Shown: piece after piece, positions 52,463 through 64,000 of the stretch
Position numbering within the stretch: position 1 is the first letter of the stretch
How the letters are laid out: each line of letters starts with the position of its first letter
Source: the human T2T-CHM13v2.0 reference genome, Homo sapiens
Assembly (NCBI RefSeq): GCF_009914755.1
Contig: NC_060930.1
Length of the DNA: 64,000 nucleotides
Direction: 5' to 3' (one strand)
Notes under the pieces: generated by a model
Databases searched by the model: none
What the model saw: the letters and a program-made list of their open reading frames with translations, nothing else
What the model was told of the DNA's origin: nothing
Position numbers and translations under genes: made by a program

Positions 52463-55400
52463 ATGTTTTTACTACAAGTGCTTAAAGATTTTCTTCTTAG
52501 GAGACAGTTTCTTCCCCTTCTTAAATATATACATTTTCTTTAAAAATTTCTACATTAGTATTTTATATCACTGTAGACAAAGTGTAATATTCTCCAGTGC
52601 TATACTGTTCTCTGATTCTGATGTATTTATTTTTTCTCAAGGACTTTCATTTTTAAACTTTATAAATACAGTGTCTCTTATTAAACTCTTATCATTGCTT
52701 TAAATTCAAAAAAAGAAAATTAGAAAAGTTATGGGAAATCTTTAGAGAGTGAAATCACCCTTTTCTTTTCAACAGGAAAGCAAGCAGTCTCAAAGAACCA
52801 TGAAAATGATCTGATTGCATTTAGTCCTAAACCAACTTTCAGCTGCTGAGGTAAAAATGCCTTTGCCGTGACATTACACCTTTGTAGTTGTCTCTCACAT
52901 ACTACATAGATTTGCATGCCAAATGTCATTCAACTTCAGGAATGAATGTGATCATCATGGGCTACAAAAGAAGATAAATGATTACCTTACTCATTTAAAA
53001 TGATATTAAAACTCTTTTTTTTGCAGTTAAATCTTCCTTTGCTCTTATAGGCTACATAACATCTATTTATTTCATTCTTCTATCAAACAAATGACTGTAG
53101 AAAACCAAAATCCCTATTTTCCTTTCCCAGATAATTGCTAATGCAAACTTCTTATAATAGTGGCATAATATTAAATAAACAATCAATTAAGCAATTAAAT
53201 ATATAGTTTTAGGTTCAAGATAACCAACATTGACTCTACTCATTTTTTGTTACAGTTATATTTAATCTTTTCAGAAGAAAAATAACTCCTTTAAGTATAT
53301 GTCATTTTGTTTCCACAACATTGTAAATGTTATGATTGATGTTGTTTTTCATGGTGTAGACAGACATACTTGATAACGTTGCCATCTCAGGAAGAGTACA
53401 TCTTTAACAGGCTAAAAGTGACTTTAATATTCTTTTTAATTTTCATAATTAGTTAAAAACTTTGATAATTGACGATTTAACTCTTTTAATACAAGTCAAG
53501 TTTATTTAGTAGCATTTATTTAGATAACTTCAATCTATCAGTAGTTTGCATTTTGTAATTTAACTAAAACTTAGATTAAATATATGTGTCACATATTTTT
53601 TCCAATTGTAGAAGTGTATGTGAACTAAATTTTCCCTCAAAATACCTTATTATAATTTTCTAATATCATTTTTGTATAATCAAACTTTACCCCACTGATT
53701 TCAGTTTGTAAATTCAGAAAATGACTTTAAATATATTCTTGCATTTGATTTTCTCTATTTTAATTTAATTATCTTTTTTATTGTGCTACAATAATATCTT
53801 AATTATTGGGGCTTTATAATTAATTTTTTCACCTGGTATTCCAAGTACTTCTTTGGTATTTTTTCAAAGTTTCCCTATATATTTTTAAATTTGTTTTTCC
53901 AAATAAACTCTTGGATGTTTTTTCTTAAATATCCCTTATATGTAAATTATTAAATAACATCTGATACATCACATCATTTGATTTTGTCTTTGTGAATTTT
54001 TGAAACTGTAGGGTAATATGATTTTTCTCAGGCTTTGACTAAAAAATAAAATCAACTAAATGTTTTTTTTTTTCAATTTTTTTTCAATTCATGGTAGAAC
54101 ATTGATTAGAACATTTCCTTCCATAAGAAGTAGTAAATAATCAACCTCAGAATTGTATTAGTCATTACATAGGAAACAGTTACAGATATACTAGAGTAAT
54201 AATACAGAAATACAAAATGAATAAAACTTTAAAATATGATAACCTTGCATGAGTTGAAAAAATTTTTTTCAAATAGTCCACTCATTACAGATATGCACTT
54301 CAGATATGTTTTAATTCATGGTCCTCATAAAAGAGATCAAATTGGACTATATTAAAAAAATATTAAGACTTATTATGATATCCTTCTCTTTAGGTTTGAT
54401 TCTAGGTAATTTTGTAATTATTTCAGATATTTCTTATATCTACCTTTTATATCAGGCATTTTAACGAGATAGTTCAGGGACAATGTTCTCTTCTGGGTTA
54501 ATTTGGGTACTTTTAAAGTTCAGCTCCTTCTCCCCGGATGACGCCATGGAGCTCTCAACATCTTTACTTAAAGAGATAGGATACATGTATTAAAAACAAG
54601 TACTTGGCCAATTAGAATATTATGGAGTTAGAAGAGAGGCAGCTAAATTTTTAAAAAATGAAATGTGTTTCTTCAGATTTCTATATTCATTATTCAAATG
54701 CGAAAAGTAACTTTTTCTTTGGATGAAAATCTCAGTGATAGTGTGTGTCAAACATTTTTGGTACAATTGCATAATTAAACTCTCCACCTCATTTTAAGGA
54801 GGTCTGGTCATCTGCGTACTGTCAAAAGGATTTTTTTGTGAGTTGAGATAGATTGCTTAAAAAAGTCATCCTAACTCTGAAGAGCAGCTGGAAAAATAAA
54901 CAGTCAGGACTTCAGCCAACTATCAATCTAGGGAAACTTGGTAACCAACAAAGAATGAATAAATTCCTTTCTCTGTTCTTATAACAGAAGTAAGAATAGT
55001 CAAGAACTGACCTATATTTGCTAATAGTAAGCTTATCCAAAATACAATAGCAACAACCAACAAAAAACTCACTCATATTTTTCCAGGACCTAGGAGGATT
55101 CCTGTTTTGGCCCTCCATCTGCCTGCCTTCTTACGCCTGAAAAATTTTCTGCCTGATCCCAGGTTTAGATTGGAAATGATTATGAAGAACTGAGCAAAAG
55201 ATAGAAAATATTAACCTGTGGATCTCTGTCTCCGTCTCCTGTATCTCCCCCTGTGTGAGTGCATATGTGTGGTCAGTCCCTCCTCAGTAATAGGTGGACA
55301 CTATTTTCAAATCTGAACTTTCAGCAATTGATGTTAGGTTTCTCTTTTATCTTTTATTTTGTTTGCAAATAAAGTTAAGATATATATCTCATTGACTGAC

Positions 55401-56457
55401 TATTACAAAGCATAAGGTAAGATCATGGCCTGTCGTCTTCAACATTGTGTGCCTGGAGTTGAGTTTCCACAATGTAATGTTTTTGATATTCTTTCAATGA
55501 GCTGTACTAGTTACATAGCACTAAGAGATTACAAAAGAATTAGAGAGAGATTTTCCTGAAAGACAAGTGACTAAAGATTTCACCAAAACTTACTGAGGCT
55601 AAACAAAAGTTACTTAGTCCATGGGCCTCTTGTAATACCCGTGATTACATCTGCAATCAGAATGTTGGCTGTCTAGTAAATTATGTATGATTCTCACTTT
55701 GTAATGTGGATTGCCTTATTTTTTAAATCAGTGTTTCTGTTGACTTTTGAGTACAAGGTGAAAACATGACTTTGCAATTGTTATAGATAACATAAGAATC
55801 ATGTAGATACCAATTTCTAAACATTAGATGTTCATATTGGGAAGAATACCAGTTAGTGCCTTTTGTGTAAACCAGACCTAGTTTAATGCCTGTTACTCCA
55901 GCCAAGCAACTGTTCGGACCCTTTTTCCTTCTCAAATGTGTCCTAGTATGAATGATAAATTAGTAAAGTATGTACACATGCAGGATATGGCATTAGCACG
56001 GGCTATTCTTGTCTGCGTTAGAAATGGGACAGCAAAATGTTACAAGCCAAGATCTCATTTGTGAAAGTCTGCGGTTTCACTAAGCAGTTGACAAATGGAT
56101 CTGCTAAACGTGCCAACCATGTCAAGGTAAATGCAGAATTTTAACTAATGAAAGTTAAATCCATTTGTTCTGAGATATGCAACTAACTAAACATCTTGCT
56201 GCTTTTGGTTTTTCCTGATCTACACTCAATCCACTTGTATCAGTTGGTTCAGATGGATCTAAAAGCTAAGACTAAAAATGACTGCTAAGAATAAATCTTG
56301 ATTGACTTCTTTTGTGTATTTTATATACATTTTTAGAGAGGACCTATCACCATATTTACATTCAAATTTATGTGTTCAGTTAGAGAGCTTCTTTAATGAT
56401 TTTCAGCTAGCAAGTTTACTTTGGTGTAAATTTTAAAATAAAATTTCTTGAAGCCTT

Positions 56458-56960
56458 TGTGGATTTGCTTTCTATTGCTACTGTAATGAAACACTACAGA
56501 TGCAGTGGCATAAAACAACATTTATTCTCTAACATTTCCGGAGGTCGGAAATCTGGAATCAGTCTTATTAATGTAAAGTCAAGGTGTCAGCAAGACTGGA
56601 TTCTTCTGCAGGTTCTGAGGGGGAAATCTGTTTCTTTATCTTTTTCTCAGCTTCTATTGGTAGCCTATATTATTTGGCTTGTACCTTCCTTCCTTCAGCT
56701 TTAAAAAATAACACTCCAATCTCTGCTTTGTTATCATATCACCTTCTCTGTCTCTGATTCTGTATGCAACTTTTTAATAAGGACCTCTGTGATTATATCA
56801 GGCCCCATCTGATAATCAGGATAATCTCTTTATCTCAAGATACTTATCTTCAACGTATCTGCAAAGTCCTTTTTGCCATGTTAGATAACATCCATAGGTT
56901 ATGGGGATTAGGACACAGAGGACACAGGGGAAAATTTGGGTACCATTATTCAGCCCAGCA
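56458..56960 (-). mobile_element. MLT1 (C/D-like) LTR
   Basis: gtggcataaaacaaca...tcaaggtgtcagca...atctgcaaagtcctttttgccatg. Confidence 0.85.
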
Positions 56961-57735
56961 TACTCTGGATGCTCAGAAACTGTTGAAGAAAGTTTACGTT
57001 CTGGTTTCTTTCCCAAATATTTGTGAAACTCCTTCTAAAGTACTGAGCTTTACCATATGTACAGATAGAATGGCTCTAAATCCTGTTAATAAGCATCTTG
57101 GTAGAAGAGCTGCTATCTTAAGGATCCAAAACATAATATGAAATAGATTCACATAAATAACCTGACCTTATTTTGTTTTTCTTTCACAAATGATTTATTC
57201 TTAACCATAGCAGGCGAATTTTTAAATAATAAAACTTGTTAAAAAAAGTTTTTTTCAATTATTTTTCCTGTTTCAGCACTAGTAAAGACATAGTGACATT
57301 CTCAATTTCTCTAAGACATTTAAAATGTCTATATGTTTCCTTTAAATATAAATGTTTTAACTATTCACAAGCATTGCACTAATTTGAATGAATTAATCTA
57401 TCACTTCTTATAGTTGTTTTAATTTATTTTATCACTTACAAAAGTTCCGCTGAAAAAAAGCGAGATACAAGATAAGCTTGCAACTCCTTTGGTGCTTACT
57501 CTTGTAAATGAATAATAGCATAAAAATCAAATATAAAAGTGTGAGAGAAGAAGCTTATGAATTCATTATTAGAGGTCTCCCTTAAACATTTCTTACTCTA
57601 TAGCTAATATCAATTATTATAGCCAATCAACAGAAAACATGTGGATTTATAAAGTACTTCTCATTGGAAATTAGTCAATTTACATATCATGCATGTAAAG
57701 GTAACATTGGCATAGCAGTAATTCCTGAGCATTTC

Positions 57736-58117
57736 TGTATTAGTCCATTCTCATACTGCTAATAAAGACATACCTGAGACTGGGTAATTTATAAGGGATA
57801 GAGATTTAATTGCCTCACAGTTCAGCATGGGTGGGAAAGCCTCAGGAAACTTACAATCATGGCAAAAGGGGAAGCAAATATGTCCTTTTTCACATGGCAG
57901 CAGGAAGGAGAAGTGCTGAGCAAAAGGGCAAAAAAGCTCCTTAAAAAAAACCATCAGATATTGTGAGAACTCACTCACTATCAGAAGAACAGCAGCATGG
58001 GGGTAACCGCCCCCATGATTCAATTACCTCCCACTGGTTCCCTCCCATAACACATGGGGATTATGGGAACTACAAGTCAAGATGAGATTTGGGTAGGGAC
58101 ACAGAAAAACCATGTTA
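57736..58117 (-). mobile_element. THE1C-like MaLR solo LTR
   Basis: tgtattagtccattctcatactgct...gatgagatttgggtagggacacag; atttc/atttt flanks. Confidence 0.92.
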
Positions 58118-59080
58118 ATTTTTATTTTTGTCCTAGATCTATTAAGATACTGGTAAATTTCCTGTACATCAAATCCTTCACACATAATGGAAGTTATGTG
58201 GTAACTTTGATTTCTATTAATCTTCTCAGTTGAACACATCTGAAGCTTTATTATTGTTTGCTGCCTAGGAAAGAACAAGCCAAAAGGGCCCAGATAATAC
58301 TATTTAAGGTTGACCAAAAATAAAGTTTCTACCACTTTGAATGACTAACAATTTTATGGCAATAAAACCACATGAGAATGACTTAAACATGAATCCTGTG
58401 AAAGATGCTTCTTACGTTATTTGAAAAAATTCTTCCAAGTAAAAGCACATTGTTGTTTGCTTATTTAAAATATGAGAGTAATTTAAATTATTAAAATATA
58501 TCATAGAACTAGAAAAACAGTAACACATGCACATGAACAATATTTAAAAGTGAACAGCTAGTTTGAGGATGCTGCTCTCTTTCAAGTAGTACTTTAAGCA
58601 TAAGCCAACTTCCCTCCCAAGAGTCAGTACAAGTACAGGATAAACTACTCAATTAATGAAGTTCTTTCAGAGAGCCATTGAGAAATATGTCCACGAAAGA
58701 GAGAGATGAGAGGAGATGTAAGGCATAGAACAGGACATGAATGAAATGGATCATGATCGTATGGTATTATTGAAGCTACATCAGAGCAATTCAGTGGCTA
58801 TTTGATTTTGTTATTTTATGCTTAATACATCTGGGATCCTACCTCTTTCTCCCCGTTTTCTTAAAAATGAAGTGGAGCAAGCTCTCTGTTATTATCACAC
58901 AAGTTCATTCTACTTAACAAAACTCTTTCAAATTTTTCACCTACATGACTAATAATATACATAGAGGAAAAAAATCAAGCAAATTTAATGTAAGCAAGCA
59001 TTTCAGAAGGAAGAACTGAAAAGCAAAGTTTGTGACCAAGCAGTACATATATATATATATACACATTTGTGACCAAGCAG

Positions 59081-59131
59081 TGTGTGTGTGTATATATATA
59101 TTTATATATATTATATATATATTTATGTATA

Positions 59132-59163
<32 letters not shown>

Positions 59164-59165
59164 AT
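59081..59165. repeat. (TG)n(TA)n tract
   Basis: Seen directly. Confidence 0.9.
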
Positions 59166-59454
59166 CTCATTCTGAACCAAAAGTGCTTAGTCTGTTCCAA
59201 CAAAGCAAGAAAATAACAAGAAAACAATTTGTCCTAACCAATTATGTGCATCTAACTGTCAGACGCAATGCCCACATGAACCAGAAAAAGATTTCCCAAT
59301 CTGGAATCTATCTCCTGTTATTATGGTCTGCTAGTCTGAAACAGTTTTTCTTTTGTAAGTCTGGGGTTCTCTAACTTTCATAAAGTTGTATGCATTTGAT
59401 CTTTCCTTTTTTCTTACTATTTTCCACTTTCTGCAACCTAAACTTCCTCTAAGG

Positions 59455-59662
59455 AAGAATTTTTCAACCACAACGATATTGGCATTTTGGACTCAATATT
59501 GCTTTATTGTAGGAAACTCTCCTGTGCACTGTAGGATCCTTAGCAGCAAACTTGGCTTCTATAGCCAAACGCCAGTAGCAGCCCTGATCTCTACTTGTGA
59601 CAACTAAAAATGTCTTTAGACATTGCCACATATTACCTAAGGGGCAAAATCACACTTGGTTC
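59455..59662. mobile_element. MER20 hAT-Charlie element
   Basis: tcctgtgcactgtaggat...ttgtgacaactaaaaatgtctttagacattgcc...ggggcaaaatc. Confidence 0.88.
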
Positions 59663-60009
59663 CTTCAGGGATCTTCCTGATTCTGACTCTAACTATTCCT
59701 TTTCAAAGATGTCTGCGACTCTCAGCACAAATTATGGCACTGACAACCCAGTCCCTAAGTGTGAAGAAACTGTCTCCGAAGACTGATAAATAATGAATAT
59801 ATTGGTGTGTTTATTTGGTTTGGGGTACAATCAGAAGATATCTTTCACAGATTAAAATGTAATTGGTAAGGTGATAGATGGTCACAGTATTTCTGTTTAA
59901 TTCAGGCTTTAGTAGATCAGCATAGCATGAATTTCAGATTTTGCAATTTTGTGTATATTTGAATACTAATATTTTGAGTGTCATAACATACTTAGCTTAC
60001 CCAATGCCT

Positions 60010-60357
60010 CTTCTTTCTTTCTTTCCCTCCCTCCATTTCTTTCTTTCTTTCCTTTCTATTTCTTTCTTTCTCTCTCTTTTTTTTTTTTTTTTGAAACAGG
60101 ATCTTACTCTATTACCCCAGGATGAAGTGCAGTAGCACAACCATAGCTCACTGCAGTCTTAATTCCTGGGCTCAAAGTGATTATCCTACTCCAGCTTCCC
60201 AAGTAGCCAGGACTATGGATGCGTGCCACCAGATCACACTAATTAAAAAAAAAAAATAGAAATTGCATCTCATGATGTATTCCAGGCTGGTCTCGAACTC
60301 CTGGCCTCAAGCCATCCTTCTATCTCAGTCTCTTTGTTAGTTTGGATTACAGGCCTG
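60010..60357 (-). mobile_element. AluJ with CT-rich tail
   Basis: catagctcactgcagtc...cctgggctcaa...ccaggctggtctcgaactcctggcctcaag. Confidence 0.9.
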
Positions 60358-60879
60358 GCTGTAACGCTTCTTTCTTTGACCGACTTTTATATTTTTTGAC
60401 ATAAAACCATAATGCAAATTTTTTTTATGTATCACTTAATTTTTCCCACCTTTCAACAAATGCATCTTTTCCCATGTTCTATGTATTGCTATAAAATGTA
60501 ATCTGGCTTTCCAGGCTTGGTCAATTTAGCTCTGACTATCTCATTACTAAGAAAGAGTTCTCCTGCTCAGTTTCTATAGTCTGCGCACTTCCTATAAGGG
60601 AGTCCCTCCAAATAGGGTTCCACCAACTACATTTGGCATAATTTGCCTTTAGGGCAATTTTTCTGCCTTCCCTGGAAGAAAGTTAGTACCATATAAAGAA
60701 ACAAATATATCTTTCTTCATAGAGATTACATTTCAGCCTAATCTAGTCTTCTAGTCAATAAAAATAATGTTTGAAGAACTATGTTGTAAACTGGGAAGCC
60801 AGATGGCAATAATTGTCAAGAAAAAAAAAACACAGAAAGTGGAGATGACACATATGGGCTGGATGAGAGTATGGGAGTG

Positions 60880-61216
60880 TGGCTGGTTCTCCTTCTCCAT
60901 GAGTTCTGCATCCATGGATTCAACCAACTGTGGCTGAAAATATTTTTTAAGACAAATGATGGTGGCCTCTGTATGAAACACACAGACTCCTTTTTCTTGT
61001 CATTATTCCTTTCAAAATACAGTATAACAACATAGCATTTACTTTGTGTTAGGTATTACAAGTAATCTATAGATAATGTAAAGTATATGGGAGGATGTAG
61101 ACTGGTTATATGAAAACACTATGTCCTTTTATATAAGAGACTGGAGCATCCATGAAGTATCCAAGTGGGTGGAGGTCCCTAGTACCAACACTCCACGGAT
61201 ACCTAGGGAGGACTGT
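60880..61216 (-). mobile_element. MER2 (Tigger) inside an antisense L2 remnant
   Basis: catccatggattcaaccaactgtgg...ccacggatacctagggaggactgta. Confidence 0.88.
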
Positions 61217-61512
61217 ATATAACATTTTAGATTGGGTTTCTACAGAAGGACAAACCGAGGATGTAACATTTGAGAAAATACCTACACAGAATGAAGAAAC
61301 TGATGAATAATAAATGTGGGTGAAAATTTGGGTGTAAATGCTCACAAAAAAGGCCTCAAGCAGGAATATGCCTGAGTTCTTATGGGAACTTCCAGGATGA
61401 TATCAATGTTATTGTAGAGCAAACCAGGAGAAGTATGATAATATTGAGCCTCTGGTTAAAAGCTTACCTGCTTTCCTCTCTGCAAAGTTTAATTATGTGA
61501 GCCTTCAAATTC

Positions 61513-61517
61513 CTCTC

Positions 61518-61598
<81 letters not shown>
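61513..61598. repeat. Compound (CT)n(GT)n microsatellite
   Basis: Seen directly. Confidence 0.97.
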
Positions 61599-61601
<3 letters not shown>

Positions 61602-63908
61602 GGGGGAAGTGGGGACAAGGAGAGAGGGACAGACAGAATGAGAGAGAGAGACAGAGACAGAGAGAGATTTTCTTTAGATTTTCAATTGTTGCAACTAAAA
61701 TTTAAAACTTTTAATCCTACCCGAATGCAAATTGTACTCATATGGAATTCTAATTCGAGCTTTACTTCTTCCAGCGTGAGTTTACATAAGTCACTCTTGT
61801 TGAGGATAATTGTAAAAAAAAAAAAAGCAAAACTGATTTAACTGGAGGATAGAAATAGAAGACAGAAATAAAGCAGATGGTGAAGTTAAAGTAGATTAGT
61901 TTTAAATTTTGTGTTTTTTTCTTTGTTCTCTAATGAAGCCTTATAGGAGATTTAAAAAAAATAAGATAAAACATAAACAGAATCCTTATATATACACTTC
62001 TGAGCCAGTTGCAAAAGAAGAGAATCAAAGGAGCTTTGTATAAAGCTCCGATGCTATTTTCTTTGATATAACAAACAACACTCGATAACTTTAAGTCATA
62101 ACATTAGGAAGTTATACAATATTTGAATAGACACAAACCAGAAAGTGCATTTCTAACTATATGTATTAAAATAAAATAAATGAAAATAAATGTGTCAGTA
62201 AATTACTGAAACTCTAAGGAAAAGAATGCCTGAATCATTGCAGTAAGGCATAATAAATAGTATTTAATTGCATAGTACCTGTATTTTACAATTATAATGT
62301 GCATAATATCAAACATTTTTAAATGTATTGGATGCCATTTATTTATATAAACATGAAAATAACTATAGGATTTTTTTTTGCCATGAGCTCTTAATCTCTT
62401 CAATAGTTTATACATATGTGGTGGTGATTAGAAACCTAACACTCTCAATTGTAAAGCAACAATTGTTTTATCATTGAGGCCATTTATATTATTAATATTG
62501 AGAATGCAATTGACATTGTGAATGTGCTTGATTAGATATTCCTCATCACAATTTCAATAAGGAAGTTCGCCATCCTTATGCCACTTCAATTATAAAGAAA
62601 ATGAATTGAAAATAGAGAAATTTAACTCATAATGAAGAGCATGACTTAGAATTAATAAGGTTCTGACCTACAGGGTTTTTTTATCTCCTCATATTTTCCA
62701 GCCTATTTTATTAATATCAGCTTCCTAATCTTAATGTTACTATGAAGAATGCTTTATTCTTCATAAAATTTCATTAAATGCATATTAAAAAAGAAATATA
62801 TTTTTGTTCTCTTTTTAATTTTAGTCTAATCCCATTAACAAGAGTAAACCACTATTAAATTTGTTGGTTTATTTTCTTATAGCTTATTTAATACACATCT
62901 GCACAAATACAAATTTCATCCTGGCCCAACTGGCCATCAAAACTCTGATTAAACTTGGTCTTAAGTTAAATCCTCATACTAACAGAGCCACTCTGTGAAT
63001 TCCAAATCCATTCTTCCACATGTTTCTCTTTGGATCCTTGCTTCGGTGTCCCTGTCTGTTTCAATTTATCCCTGGGCCAGGTAGGTCACAGGCTTTGGAA
63101 ATTTTAATGTTTCCATCAAACCAAATCAAATATGCTAAGAAAATTTCATGTTAAATGCTAAATGAGAATGGGGATGGATGACATCAAATACCACATCACC
63201 TTTTGCCATCTAAATGGCTCCCCTCCCTTATGCTTTCTGCTGCTTGGGAAAGCCTCTGCTCCTGATATATAATATTTTCTAGTGTCTGTAACACTCTGGG
63301 AGGTAAAATCAATTTCTGAGGGAGCAGTCCTGGAATGACTTCTAACATTTTCAGCACCTCAGAAAACACATAAAAATTAATTTTTTACAAGTGGATAAAT
63401 ACATACAAATATCTAAAACCAAATAATAGAATGATACAGGTGCTTTTCACAAAACATTTTAACTTGAGCATTTTCAATATGATTAATAACCTTCAAAAAC
63501 AAGGCCAAATGGATTCATCTTTTATTATATGGATACACTATACTTTTTAATATTCTTGTTGTTTAATTTGATTAATTTTCCTTTACAATAAATAATATTA
63601 TAATGAACATTTTATATGCATGTTTTATATAATCTTTTAAATTTACTTTAGATATTTCTAGATACTGAATTATTACCGGTTGAAAAATTTCAGGCACATA
63701 CTGCTGAACTGCCATTCAGTGGACTTATTACAAGTCATATTTTCCCTGGATACATGTGAACATACTGTCTCAATTTTCCTTTGTGATACAGAAATATAAA
63801 CTGCGTATGCTTTTATGTTCTGTGATATGAAAATATCAAATGATATCTTCATAGTGCCTTAAATAATATTTCATTAATTTTTTGACAGTTTGGATTACCA
63901 ACTGTAGT

Positions 63909-64000
63909 AAGATGGCTGAATAGGAACAGCTCCACTCTGCAGCTCTCAGCAAGACTAACACAGAAGGCAGGTGATTTCTAATTTCTGTATTTCCAACTGA
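63909..64000 (+). mobile_element. Start of an L1PA 5' UTR (L1PA7/8-like), continues beyond the window
   Basis: aagatggctgaataggaacagctcc...ctgcagctc...cagaaggcaggtgatttct...atttccaactga. Confidence 0.9.

Overview
Primate, almost certainly human, genomic DNA. It is mostly intronic and repeat-rich, and nearly all supplied ORFs are spurious. The one real protein-coding signal is on the minus strand: three GT-AG exons (43285-43444, 33867-34006, 24809-24975; 160/140/167 nt, phases compatible). They splice into a continuous EGF-like peptide that I recognise from memory as EYS (eyes shut homolog, chr6q12), probably exons 9-11. After exon 11 the sequence shows two alternative endings. One is read-through of a weak donor to a stop and an intronic polyA site (RYLCII*). 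The other is a terminal exon read in the LINE-1 ORF2 reverse-transcriptase frame, whose splice acceptor lies exactly at the junction of a local 135-bp duplication. Other elements include a 39-nt U2 snRNA pseudogene with target-site duplication (TSD), a processed RBIS/C8orf59 pseudogene, many Alu/L1/L2/MIR/LTR/DNA-transposon fossils, and several templated-insertion scars, notably an Alu-Alu mediated inverted copy ending in a double snap-back at 88-304. Composition also shifts near 16-17 kb. There are no prokaryotic-type systems (CRISPR, operons). Repeat subfamily names and boundaries are by eye and approximate.
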